Both the position numbers and the translations under genes were made by a program. A stretch of 64,000 nt of DNA from positions 544,001 through 608,000 of the forward strand of contig CAVXTH010000006.1 in the NCBI GenBank assembly GCA_963764625.1, read 5' to 3'. The notes under the pieces are model-generated. The model was not told the origin of the DNA. It saw only the letters and a program-made list of their open reading frames with translations, and searched no databases. This document shows, piece by piece, positions 39,942 through 49,993 of this stretch (position 1 is the stretch's first letter; every line of letters starts with the position of its first letter). This stretch comes from Candidatus Krumholzibacteriota bacterium (GTDB lineage Bacteria; Krumholzibacteriota; Krumholzibacteriia; JAJRXK01).

Positions 39942-40704
39942 TTGGCCAACTCGCCTTCTCCTTTTCATGGTGGGACTGCTGCTCGTGAGCGGTCTCGGCT
40001 GCAGCCACCCATGGAACTCATTTCCCGAAGGCAGCTACGAGCGCGGCAAGTCCGAGGCGGAGGGGGGATCGCCGCTCGCCGCCATCGACGACCTGAAGCT
40101 TTTCATACGGAGAAATCCACAGGATCCACTCGCCGACGACGCGCAGTTCCTCGTGGGGCAATCCTACATGGAAACCGAGGACTATCCGGTGGCGGCGGTC
40201 GAGTTCGAGATCATGCAAGTCGACTATCCGAGCAGTGAGCTCGCTGACGACGCAGCCTACCTGGAAGCGCTGGCGTACGTGAAACAGGTCCCCGACTACC
40301 GCCTCGATCAGACGATCACCAAGAAGGCGATGGACAAACTCGAGCACTACCTCAAGACCTACAAGTCCGGAAAGCACCTGTCGGAGGCGCGCGACGAACT
40401 GGGGCAACTGCAGGCCAATCTCGATCGGAAGCACTTCGATTCGGCGGCGTTCTACAAGCGCCGTGGCCGGCTTGCCGCGGCGGATCAAGTGCTGGAGAAC
40501 ATTCTCAACGAAAGCCCGAACTCCCGTCTGCGTCCGAAGATCTTGATGATGAAAGGCGAGACGGACTTCGAGTTGAAGAAATTCGATAAGGCCGCCGTCG
40601 CGCTTCGCGAACTCATCGATCGCTGGCCCGATCACCAGGACAAGGGGAGGGCGGAGAAGCTCCTGAAGAAGGTGGAGAAGGCGGCGAAGGGAGATGCCTC
40701 ATGA
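39931..40704 (+). CDS. bamD: Outer membrane protein assembly factor BamD
   Basis: Lipobox GLGC; AQFLVGQSY, YPSSELADDAAY, DQTITKKA, AFYKRRG..AA. Start estimated at GTG 39931. Confidence 0.85.
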   Translation: MFTSWPTRLLLFMVGLLLVSGLGCSHPWNSFPEGSYERGKSEAEGGSPLAAIDDLKLFIRRNPQDPLADDAQFLVGQSYMETEDYPVAAVEFEIMQVDYPSSELADDAAYLEALAYVKQVPDYRLDQTITKKAMDKLEHYLKTYKSGKHLSEARDELGQLQANLDRKHFDSAAFYKRRGRLAAADQVLENILNESPNSRLRPKILMMKGETDFELKKFDKAAVALRELIDRWPDHQDKGRAEKLLKKVEKAAKGDAS

Positions 40705-41327
40705 GCAGGCAGGGAATCGGCCTCTTCGGAGGGAGTTTCGATCCGGTCCACGACGCCCACTTGGAGTTGGCGCGTCGGGCGAAGAGCCAGCTCTCGCTGC
40801 GCGAGGTTTGGTTCGTTCCCGCCTGGCAACCTCCCCACAAATCCAACTATCCTCTGAGCCCGGCCGCGGATCGACTCGCGATGCTCGAGTTGGCGATACG
40901 CGGGCATCGCGGGCTGGCCATCTGCACCATCGAGATCGACCAGCAGGAAGTGGTGTATTCCGTGCAGACCGTCGACGCGCTCTCCCATACTCATCCGGGG
41001 ACGCGGTTCTATCTCCTCTTGGGCGAGGACAGTTTGCGTGAACTCCCGCGCTGGAGGGAGCCCCGGCGTCTGCTGCAGATGGCGCCGCCGGTGGTCATGC
41101 CGCGCTCGGTCGATCTGAGGCGGAGCGGAGCGTTCGGTGAGGGGGGACGGCACATGACCGCGGTCATGGGATCCTCGATCATCTGGCTTACGGGCCCGCC
41201 GCTGAATCTTTCGTCCACCGATCTTCGGGCGAGTTTGGCCCGAGGGGAACGACCCGCGGGGATGAATTCCGAGGTCATCGACTACATCGGAGAACACGGT
41301 CTCTACCGCGAGCACATCCTCCCGTGA
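40701..41327 (+). CDS. nadD: Nicotinate-nucleotide adenylyltransferase
   Basis: FGGSFDPVH..H, PPHK, LLGEDS....W, LSSTDLR, YIGEHGLY. Confidence 0.92.
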   Translation: MSRQGIGLFGGSFDPVHDAHLELARRAKSQLSLREVWFVPAWQPPHKSNYPLSPAADRLAMLELAIRGHRGLAICTIEIDQQEVVYSVQTVDALSHTHPGTRFYLLLGEDSLRELPRWREPRRLLQMAPPVVMPRSVDLRRSGAFGEGGRHMTAVMGSSIIWLTGPPLNLSSTDLRASLARGERPAGMNSEVIDYIGEHGLYREHILP

Positions 41328-44121
41328 AACTTCTTCTGGTGGATGGGTCAGCTCTCCTGTACCGCAGTCACTTTGCGTTTCGCGGAAGGCCTCTGACTAC
41401 GAGCCACGGTGAATTGACTTCGGCCGCCTATGGCGTGGCCATGGCTCTGGTTCACCTGCGGGAGGACGAGAGCGCCCAATCGATGGTGGTGGCGTTCGAC
41501 GCCAAGGGTAAGACCTTTCGCCACGAGTTGTATCCGAAGTACAAAGCCAATCGGCCGCCCATGCCGGACGAGTTGCGCGAGCAAGTGCCGCGCGTGCATG
41601 AGCTGGTCCGCGCGCTGGGTCTTCCTCTTCTCTCCATCGAGGGCTACGAAGCGGACGATGTCCTGGCGACCCTGGCCAAAGAGGCGGCCGAGAGGGGGGA
41701 TGAAGCCTGGATCTACTCGGGCGACAAGGACTTCATTCCGCTAATTCGCCCCGGAGTGGGAATCCTCAAGCCGGCGAGCAAGGGAGGCAAGGACCTCTAC
41801 CTCGACAAAGCCGCCATGGAAAGCGAGCTCGGGTTTCCCCCGGAACGCTTTCGAGACGTCCTGGCCCTGATGGGGGACAAGGCGGACAACGTGCCGGGAG
41901 CGCCGGGCGTGGGTGCGAAGACCGCGCATCAACTCATCGCGGATTTCAAGAGCATCGAAGGGGTATTTGCCCATCTGGAGGACTCCCGGATTCGCCCCAA
42001 GCTGCGCGAGACCCTGGCGGAAAACCGCGAGTTGATCGAACTCAGTCTGCGATTGGTGACCATCGATCAAGACGTTCCGTTGAGTTTGCGCTGGAAGGAC
42101 GCGGAACTCGGCGAGTATCCGGAAGAATTCTATGAGATCTGCCGTGAGCTCGAGTTCACGCGCCTTTTGCAACGGCTGACCCGAGCCGCGGCGGACGAGG
42201 GCCAGACCCGTGCTCAACGAAGGTGAGGTCGACGCGCAAAAGGCGGAGGAGCCCGAGGAAGCGGTGGGGGGGAATCCCCTCGTCACTACGAGCTCGTAGC
42301 TTCGCTCGAACGTCTCGACGAGGTGCTGCGAGAGTTCGATTCCCACCGGGGCCCGGTTGCGCTCGACACCGAAACCACTTCCCTGGATCCGCTACGGGCC
42401 GAACTGGTGGGCATCTCACTGAGCAAGCGTGAGGGTTACGCCTACTACATTCCCGTCGATGCCGGCGCCGAGAAGAGCGGCGACCGGACTCTCTTCGACG
42501 AGCCCGTCGAGGCAGCCCGTCTGCCCTGGCCCGAAGTACGCGAGCGTCTGGCCCCCAGGCTGGCCGATCCCAAGAGGGATTTCGTGGGGCAGAACCTGAA
42601 GTACGATCAGCTCGTGCTCGATCACCACCAGGCCCCGGTCGCCCGGGTGGACTTCGATACTATGATCGCCAGTTACCTTCTGGCCCCCGAGCGGCGGCGA
42701 CACAACCTCGATGTCCTGGCCGAAGACGAGTTGGGACTCACCACCATCACCTACGGTGAGTCTGTTCAAGGGAGCGGGTACGAAGGACATTCGGCAACTT
42801 CCTCTGGAGAGAGTGTGCGAGTACGCGGCGGAGGACGCGGATGTCACTTTGCGCCTGAGCGAGGTATTCCGGCCGCGACTGGTGGCGGAGAGTCTCGATC
42901 ACCTCATGAGCGAAGTCGAGTTGCCACTGTCTCAGGTCCTGTTGCGGATGGAGCGACGGGGCATTCGTCTGGACGTTCAGCAGCTGTCTACGCTGGCCAA
43001 GGAACTGAAAACCTCCATGATCGAACTGGAGCTGCGGTGTCATGAGCTGGCCGGTGAACCCTTCAATCTCAACAGCCCGAAACAGCTCCAGACCATCCTC
43101 TTCGGTAAGCTCGGCTTGAAGTCGGGCAGGAAAACGGCGACCGGGTATTCCACCGACGTGGAAGTGCTCACCAGGCTCGCGGAGGAGCATCCCCTGCCCA
43201 AGGCGCTCCTGGAGTACCGTCACGTATCCAAGTTGCTCTCCACCTACGCCGAGTCTCTGCCCCGTCTGGTCAATCCCGATACCGGCTGCGTGCACACCTC
43301 GTTCAATCAAGCCGTCGCGGCCACGGGGCGTCTGAGCAGCACCGATCCCAATCTGCAGAACATTCCGGTGCGCAGCACGCTGGGGAAGAGGATCCGCGAG
43401 GCCTTTATCCCTCGGGAGAAGGGCTGGTGTCTTCTCGCCTCGGACTACTCGCAGATCGAGTTGCGTCTGATGGCGCACTTTGCCCACGACGAGGCGATGA
43501 TCGCGGCCTTCGCCCGCGGGGAGGACATCCACGCACGCACCGCGGCCGAGGTAGCCGGTGTGGGGCTGGAAGAGGTCGAGCCCTCGATGCGCGCGCGCGC
43601 CAAGGCGATCAACTTCGGGATCCTCTATGGGATGGGTTCGCGAGCACTCGCCCAGCAAATTTCGGTCAGCAATCAGGAGGCGAAGCAATTCATCGAGGAC
43701 TACTTCGCGCGCTTTCCCCGGGTGCGTTCGTTCATCGACGAGACGATCGCTAAGGCCAGGCAAGAGGGCGAAGTGCGCACCATCCTGGGCCGCCGTCGCC
43801 GTCTTCCCGAGCTGAGCTCGAGTCATCCCCGTCAGCGCTCGTTCGGCGAACGAGTTGCGGTCAATACCCCCATCCAGGGCTCGGCTGCCGATCTCATCAA
43901 GGTGGCGATGATTCGGCTCGACGAGCGGATTCTCCGCGATGAGCTTACCCGCACGACTTCTTCTGCAAGTCCACGACGAATTGGTGCTCGAGGTGCAGGA
44001 GAAACGGAAAGAGGAAGTGGCGGACGTGGTGCGCGAGGAGATGGAAGGAGTTTTCGCATTGAGCGTCCCCTTGCTGGTCGACATTTCATTCGGTGCGAAT
44101 TGGGCGGAGGCGAAGCCATGA
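41324..44121 (+). CDS. polA: DNA polymerase I, interrupted in this assembly (stop at 42224; frameshifts near 42270, 42755 and 43947)
   Basis: 5' nuclease (VDGS..YRSHFA, YKANR, EADD, LMGDKADNVPG), 3'-5' exonuclease (LDTETT, NLKYD, YAAEDAD) and polymerase (TGRLSS..PNLQNIP, DYSQIELR, AKAINFG, LQVHDEL) spread over ORFs 41324, 42323, 42711 and 43939. Confidence 0.93.
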
Positions 44122-44792
44122 CCCGGGCGGAAGGAAACGCGGTGAGAGTGGTGGTGGTCACCGGCCAAACCGGCACCGGAAAGAGCACGGTCTGTTCGTG
44201 GTTGGCGCAACGTGGGGCCTTCGTGCTCGATGCCGACCGCATCGGGCACGAAGTGCTGCGGCGCGAGGAGATCATTCTCCGGCTGAGCGAGACCTTTTCG
44301 ACCGCGGTGCTGCGCGACGATGGTCAGATCGATCGCGCCCGCCTGGGAGGGCTCGTGTTCGCCGATCCGGAATCCCTGCGCGCTCTCAATGCCCTGGTGC
44401 ATCCCCCGCTGGTGGAGGAGCTTCGCGCCCGCATCGCAACCCTGCGGCGCACCCGGGCCGCCGAGTTGATCGTGGTGGACGCAGCGCTGTACTTTCTCTT
44501 TCCCGACCGTCTCGAGTGCGACGCCGTCGTGTTGACCAGGACCTCGCCGCGAATCCAGCTGCAGCGCATCACGGAGCGGGACGGGCTCTCCGAAGAAAGC
44601 GCTCGCGAGCGCCTGGAGCGGCAGCGGGAGATCCTGGAGCACGAGGCCGAGGCGGACTATGTCCTGGACACCTCGGCCGCGCCTAGCCAAGTTCGACGAG
44701 AACTGCTACTTAACATGGACGCTCTCCTGGGAACCTCCCTGGTACTGAGCGACCCGTTGGCCCGCTACTGGCAGCCGGAGGTTCAGAGCTGA
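44118..44792 (+). CDS. coaE: Dephospho-CoA kinase
   Basis: ATGA overlap with the polA end; TGQTGTGKST, DADRIGH, IDRARLG.LVF, LN..VHP. Fused to ORF 42711 in the track because of the polA frameshift. Confidence 0.92.
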   Translation: MTRAEGNAVRVVVVTGQTGTGKSTVCSWLAQRGAFVLDADRIGHEVLRREEIILRLSETFSTAVLRDDGQIDRARLGGLVFADPESLRALNALVHPPLVEELRARIATLRRTRAAELIVVDAALYFLFPDRLECDAVVLTRTSPRIQLQRITERDGLSEESARERLERQREILEHEAEADYVLDTSAAPSQVRRELLLNMDALLGTSLVLSDPLARYWQPEVQS

Positions 44793-45893
44793 TGAACGAA
44801 CCAAGCACACCCTCCCTGGACGAGATCCGCGACAGAACCTTCAGACTCAAGGAGGGTCTTTGACCTTCCGCAGCTTCAAACCCGCCTGTCCGAGCTGGAA
44901 AAGGCCATGGCGGCCAATGACTTCTGGTCGGATCAAGAACAAGCCCGTGAAGTGATCGAGGAGTCCAACCGGATCAAGCGTTGGACCGAACCCCTGGCCG
45001 AGCTCGAGAAGACGCTCGAAGAGGCCGAGTTGTATCTGGAGATGGGGGAGGACGACCCCGAGGCGGCGGGTGAAGCCAGGTCGGCGCTCTCGAGGGCCGC
45101 CAAGAAGATCGATCAATTGGAGGGCCAGTACATGTTGGGTGGCCCCGACGATCCCAAGGGGGCCATGATCGAAATCCACCCCGGGGCGGGGGGCACCGAG
45201 AGCCAGGATTGGGCGGAGATGCTCCTGCGCATGTACAGCCGTTTTTGCGAAGCCGAAGGATGGAATTTCAAGCTCATGGAGGTCGCGCCCGGCGACGAGG
45301 CGGGGATCAAGACCGCGACGATGGAAGTCACCGAGTCCTTTGCCTACGGCTATCTGAAGGGAGAGAGCGGCGTTCATCGTCTGGTGCGAATCTCGCCTTT
45401 CGACGCGCAGAGCCGGCGTCACACTTCGTTTGCGTCGGTTTTCGTCTATCCGCTCGTGGAGGACCAGGACGTCGACATCGAAATCGAAGACAAAGACCTG
45501 CGAGTGGACACCTACCGCGCTAGCGGCGCGGGTGGACAGCACGTGAACAAGACGGACAGCGCGATACGTATGACCCACCTTCCGACGGGCATCGTCGTGC
45601 AATGCCAGAACGAACGCAGCCAGCACCGAAATCGAGAGTCCGCGATGCAGATGCTGAGGACGCGTCTCTATCACTTGCGAATGGAGCAGGAGAAGGCGAA
45701 GCAGCAAGAACTCGAGGATACCAAGATGAAGATCGACTTCGGGAGTCAGATTCGCTCCTACGTCCTGCAGCCCTACACCAAAGTGAAGGACCACCGCACC
45801 GAGGTCGAGGTCGGCGACGCCAGAAGCGTCCTGGACGGCGACCTCAAAGCCTTCATCGATTCTTATCTGCGCTGGGCCGGGCAGGCGGCTTGA
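44792..45893 (+). CDS. prfB: Peptide chain release factor 2 with programmed +1 frameshift
   Basis: ORF1 from 44792 (MNEPSTPSLDEIRDRTFRLKEGL) ends CTT-TGA-C at 44858-44864 after an internal Shine-Dalgarno; the +1 frame has SPF and GGQ. Confidence 0.96.
44849..44864 (+). other. RF2 programmed frameshift site
   Basis: AAGGAGGGT-CTTTGAC matches the canonical SD plus CUU-UGA-C. Confidence 0.95.
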
Positions 45894-45918
45894 CAGCCAC
45901 AGCCGGCCCGACGATACT
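45890..45918 (+). promoter_or_regulatory. Putative sigma70 promoter for lysS
   Basis: TTGACA (overlapping the prfB stop)-N17-GATACT. Confidence 0.55.
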
Positions 45919-45978
45919 TCCGACCCCGGTGGATTCCCTTGGAATTTAGGCACTTGCGGCTACGACCTTAGGAAGACG

Positions 45979-47454
45979 ATGGAAGACCAACACCGGCTCG
46001 TACAGATGCGCCTAGAGAGACTGCAGGGTCTGAAGGACACCGGCGCTGAGCCCTATCCCTACGGCTTTGTCCGCACGCATCACCTCGCGGAGATCATCGA
46101 CTCGGGCGAGGAACTCCTCGCCTCGTCGGTCCCGGTCTCTCTGGCGGGACGGATGATGTCCAAGCGCCGGCACGGGAAGGCGGGCTTCGCTCACATCGAG
46201 GACGAGCTGGCCCGGTTGCAGATCTACCTCCGCAAGGACGAGGTGGGCGAGGAAAACTACGAACTGTTCAAGCTCCTGGAGGTCGGCGATTTCGTTGGGG
46301 TGGAGGGGTCGCTCATGCGAACCAAGACCGGAGAGCTGACGGTCCACGTCCAGAAGATCGTGCCCCTCACCAAAGCACTTCGTCCTCTGCCCGAAAAGTG
46401 GCACGGCTTGACCGACAAGGAGATTCGGTACCGGCAGCGATACCTCGATCTCATCATGAACCAAGAGGTCAGGGCCACCTTCCGGCGTCGATCTGAAGTG
46501 ATTGCCACCATTCGCGAGGTGCTGCTGGAGGAGAACTTCCTCGAAGTCGAAACGCCAATTCTTCAGCCGCTCTACGGTGGAGCGACGGCGCGCCCCTTCA
46601 CCACGAACTACCACTCGCTTTCGGACATGAAAGTCTACCTTCGGATCGCCAACGAGCTGTATCTGAAGCGGCTGATCGTCGGCGGCTTCGATCGTGTTTT
46701 CGAATTCGCGAAGGATTTCCGAAACGAGGGGATGGATCGCACGCATAACCCCGAATTCACCATGATGGAATGCTACGCGGCGTACTGGGACTACGTGGAC
46801 GTCATGAATCTGGTGGAGCGGATCTTCGCGCGCCTGGTCGAACGCTTCACGGAAGGCGGAATCCTGCGCTACGGAGAACACGAGATCGACTTCAGCCACG
46901 GTTTCCGCCGGGCGCGTTTCCTCGAGCTCCTGCACGAGAAGACCGGTATCGATTTCGCCTCCTTGAGCCCGGAGGAGATTCGCGTCCAGGCGAAGACTCT
47001 GGGGGTAGAGGTCGACGAGAGCATGGGGAAGGGAAAGCTGCTCGATGAGGTGTTCAGCGCGAAGGTGGAACCCGATCTCGTGCAGCCGACTTTCGTCTGC
47101 GATCATCCGAAAGAGCTGAGTCCCCTGGCCAAAGCCCATCGTAGCGATTCCGAGCTGGTGGAACGGTTCGAGCCCTTCGTAGCTGGTTTCGAAGTGGGAA
47201 ACGCGTTCAGCGAGCTGAACGATCCTCAGGATCAACGGGCCCGGTTCGAAGATCAGCTTCGACTCCGCGAAGAGGGAGACGAAGAGGCGCAGCAACTCGA
47301 CCAGGATTTCCTGCGCGCGCTCGAGTACGGCATGCCGCCCACCGGCGGGCTTGGCCTGGGAATCGACCGCATCGTCATGCTCTTCACCGACAGCCACAGC
47401 ATCCGCGACGTGCTGTTCTTTCCGCAGATGAGATCCGAGGCCGAGTCGAGCTAG
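45979..47454 (+). CDS. lysS: Lysyl-tRNA synthetase, class II
   Basis: OB anticodon domain, LPEKWHG..D..RYRQRYLDL, FRNEG..HNPEF, YGMPPTGGLGLGIDR. Confidence 0.97.
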   Translation: MEDQHRLVQMRLERLQGLKDTGAEPYPYGFVRTHHLAEIIDSGEELLASSVPVSLAGRMMSKRRHGKAGFAHIEDELARLQIYLRKDEVGEENYELFKLLEVGDFVGVEGSLMRTKTGELTVHVQKIVPLTKALRPLPEKWHGLTDKEIRYRQRYLDLIMNQEVRATFRRRSEVIATIREVLLEENFLEVETPILQPLYGGATARPFTTNYHSLSDMKVYLRIANELYLKRLIVGGFDRVFEFAKDFRNEGMDRTHNPEFTMMECYAAYWDYVDVMNLVERIFARLVERFTEGGILRYGEHEIDFSHGFRRARFLELLHEKTGIDFASLSPEEIRVQAKTLGVEVDESMGKGKLLDEVFSAKVEPDLVQPTFVCDHPKELSPLAKAHRSDSELVERFEPFVAGFEVGNAFSELNDPQDQRARFEDQLRLREEGDEEAQQLDQDFLRALEYGMPPTGGLGLGIDRIVMLFTDSHSIRDVLFFPQMRSEAESS

Positions 47455-47481
47455 ACCGGTCACGAGTCTAGATGCGAAGGG

Positions 47482-48765
47482 GTGCAGATGGGTTTCGCGG
47501 GCTTCATCGCCCAACGCTATCTTCGGACCCAGCGATCTCGGTTCGTGAGCGTCATCACGATCATCGCCATCGTGGGGATCACTCTGGGTGTCATGGTCCT
47601 CGACACCACACTGGCCGTCATGAATGGCTTTCAGGACCAGATCCGCTTCACTTTCGTGGAAAACATGCCCATGGTTACGGTGATGACCCAGGCCCCTTCG
47701 GGCTTCGGCGAGGTCGAGAAGATCGTGGACGAAGTGAAACAATTTCCTCCCGTGGTGGGAGCCGCGCCTTACATCCGCAAGGAAGCTCTCCTCACCTTCG
47801 AGAGATTCGGGGGACGGACCAAGGATAGACCCTGCGTGATCTGGGGCATCGATCCCAGCCGGCAGAAGAGCGTGACGAAGACTCTCGATTCGGTGACGCC
47901 GGCCTTCACCGATTTTTCCACTGAAGGATTCGTGGGCGTCGATCCGGGCACGCCGGGAATCGTGCTCGGAGACATGCTGGCCAAGAGTATGCGGGTCGGC
48001 GTCGGCGACGTGCTCACGCTCACCACGGTGCGCAAGACGGGTGGGTCCCGACAGTACGAGGGCCACTCGATCGCGGTCGCGGTGGTGGGGATCTTCACCA
48101 GCGGGATGTACCAGTTCGACGATGTGTTCGCCTACATGAACATCGAGGATGTTCGCCGCATCTTCGTGGTCATCGGAGGCGCCGATGGCGTGGGCATCAA
48201 GGTGGACAAGATGATGCGCGCTCCCGCCTACGCCGATTCGCTTGCCCACCGCCTCGGACTGCCCTACTTCACGAACGACTGGATCTCGCTCAACCGTGCT
48301 CTTTTCCGCTGGATCCGGATCGAGAAGGTCCTGATGTTCGTGCTGCTCTCTATGATCACTCTGGTCGCGAGCTTCATGGTGGTGGCGATCCTGCTCATGA
48401 TGGTGAGGGACCGGCAGCACGACATCGGCGTCTTTCTCTCGCTGGGAGTGCGCAAGGATCAGCTCGTGGGCGTCTTCGTTCAGCTTGGAATGATCATCGG
48501 GGGTGGAGGGGTTTTTCTGGGAACGCTCCTGGGATATCTCCTTTGCCGTTTCCTCGACAGCCAGGGACTGTGGGCCCTGGTGGAACGCCTGGGTCTTCCC
48601 TCTCCGGCGGACGTGTACTTCGTGGACAAGCTCCCGGTCCACATGCAGATGGGAGACTTCGTGCTGGTGGGGGGCGTGACTCTTTTGATGTGTCTGCTCG
48701 CCACTCTGCTTCCCTCGTGGTTCGCGACGCGGTTTACTCCGGTGGAGGTCCTTCGCTATGAGTGA
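47482..48765 (+). CDS. lolC: Lipoprotein-releasing ABC transporter permease, LolC/LolE family
   Basis: IAQRYL..FVSVIT, AVMNGF, W..LN..LF..IRIEK, VYFVDKLP, PVEVLRYE. Confidence 0.88.
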   Translation: MQMGFAGFIAQRYLRTQRSRFVSVITIIAIVGITLGVMVLDTTLAVMNGFQDQIRFTFVENMPMVTVMTQAPSGFGEVEKIVDEVKQFPPVVGAAPYIRKEALLTFERFGGRTKDRPCVIWGIDPSRQKSVTKTLDSVTPAFTDFSTEGFVGVDPGTPGIVLGDMLAKSMRVGVGDVLTLTTVRKTGGSRQYEGHSIAVAVVGIFTSGMYQFDDVFAYMNIEDVRRIFVVIGGADGVGIKVDKMMRAPAYADSLAHRLGLPYFTNDWISLNRALFRWIRIEKVLMFVLLSMITLVASFMVVAILLMMVRDRQHDIGVFLSLGVRKDQLVGVFVQLGMIIGGGGVFLGTLLGYLLCRFLDSQGLWALVERLGLPSPADVYFVDKLPVHMQMGDFVLVGGVTLLMCLLATLLPSWFATRFTPVEVLRYE

Positions 48766-49453
48766 GCCATGGTTGGAGGCGACCGAGCTGCACATGTCCT
48801 ACCACACCGGCCGGCGGGACGTGACCGTGTTGCGCGGCATCGATCTGGCCGTCGCTCCCCGCGAAGTGGTGGCGGTGACCGGGGGAAGCGGATCGGGAAA
48901 GACCACCCTGCTGAATCTGCTGGGCTCCCTGGATCGCCCCGGCCAGGGTTCGATCCGTTGGGGAGGCGAGGAGATTTTGCGCCTGAATTCGAAGGATCTC
49001 AGTCGGCTGAGGAATCAGGCCGTGGGCTTCGTATTTCAGTTTCATCACCTTCTGCCCGATTTCACCGCTTTGGAGAACATCATGATGCCATCCCGCATCG
49101 CGGGCGCGTCGCCGGCCAAGGCTGAGATGCGAGCTCGCGATCTGCTGGAGCGAGTGGGTCTGCTGGACTGGGCGGAGCACCGACCGGGAGAACTCTCCGG
49201 AGGTGAGCAGCAGAGAGTGGCGGTGGCGCGGGCGCTGATGAACCATCCGCGCCTGTTGCTGGCCGACGAACCAGCCGGTAATTTGGATTCAGGTCGCGCA
49301 GCAGAACTCACCCAGCTATTGCTCCAAGCGCGGGATGAAGAGGATCTGGCGGTGGTCGTGGTCACGCACGATGAAACGGCGGCTTCTCGCGCGGACCGGT
49401 GGTACACCCTTCACGACGGCCGGCTCGAGGAGCGGTCGTCGCGGGGGAGCTAA
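48758..49453 (+). CDS. lolD: Lipoprotein-releasing ABC transporter ATPase
   Basis: GGSGSGKTT, LolD motif GFVFQFHHLLPDF, LSGGEQQR, LADEP.GNLD. Confidence 0.92.
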   Translation: MSEPWLEATELHMSYHTGRRDVTVLRGIDLAVAPREVVAVTGGSGSGKTTLLNLLGSLDRPGQGSIRWGGEEILRLNSKDLSRLRNQAVGFVFQFHHLLPDFTALENIMMPSRIAGASPAKAEMRARDLLERVGLLDWAEHRPGELSGGEQQRVAVARALMNHPRLLLADEPAGNLDSGRAAELTQLLLQARDEEDLAVVVVTHDETAASRADRWYTLHDGRLEERSSRGS

Positions 49454-49462
49454 GGTGTTCCG

Positions 49463-49993
49463 ATGATTTGCCAGCGATGCGGAAAGAGGCCCGCGGAAGT
49501 CCAATACACCGAGATGATCGGTGGCCACAAGACGATGCAGTGGCTGTGCTCTCAATGCGCGCGCGAGGCCGGTCTGCTGGTTACCCTCAATCTCTCTTCC
49601 TTGACTCACGGTTCCACCGCGAAGCTCTTCTCGGGCGGGCAGGGCGCACCGGCCACGCTCCGCTGTCCCGAATGCGGAACCGACGCCGAGAGCCTGCGGC
49701 GCAGCGGACTGCTGGGATGTCCTCACTGCTACGAGGTTTTCCGCACGCAGCTCGAACCCCTCCTGCGAAGTGTTCACCACGCAACCGACCATCATCCGAG
49801 CGACGGCGGCGACGATTCGCTCAGCCGGCTGGAGCGAGTGCTGGAGTCTCTGCGGCGCGAGCTCAGCGAGTCGGTGCGCCGCGAGGAATTTGAACGGGCC
49901 GCCTCCATCCGCGACGAAATCCGCCGCTATGAGAAGGAGAAGGCGGAACTCGCGAGTTCCCGGGAGGAAGAGGAGGGAGGAGGGGACGAATGA
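49463..49993 (+). CDS. mcsA: Protein-arginine kinase activator McsA
   Basis: Four CxxC motifs (CQRC, CSQC, CPEC, CPHC); C-terminal UVR domain EEFERAASIRDEIR. Confidence 0.9.
   Translation: MICQRCGKRPAEVQYTEMIGGHKTMQWLCSQCAREAGLLVTLNLSSLTHGSTAKLFSGGQGAPATLRCPECGTDAESLRRSGLLGCPHCYEVFRTQLEPLLRSVHHATDHHPSDGGDDSLSRLERVLESLRRELSESVRREEFERAASIRDEIRRYEKEKAELASSREEEEGGGDE

Noticed and set aside
42224-42226. In-frame TGA in polA as selenocysteine or readthrough
   Set aside because: It lies in a non-conserved linker with no SECIS-like hairpin, and the read-through peptide (GRRAKGGGARGSGG) looks off-frame. RF2 is present and TGA is used as stop throughout.
42711-44792. Apparent PolA-CoaE fusion
   Set aside because: The polA C-terminus (LLLQVHDEL) is in another frame ending at 44121, and coaE has its own ATG at 44118.
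45979-47454. EpmA (EF-P lysine ligase) instead of LysRS
   Set aside because: The protein is full length with the anticodon-binding OB domain, so it is a true LysS.
46012-48795. 927-aa minus-strand ORF and other long antisense ORFs (1481-3244, 42747-44690, 57775-59469, 36416-37951)
   Set aside because: Shadow ORFs opposite well-conserved genes. They are expected in GC-rich DNA and carry no recognisable motifs.
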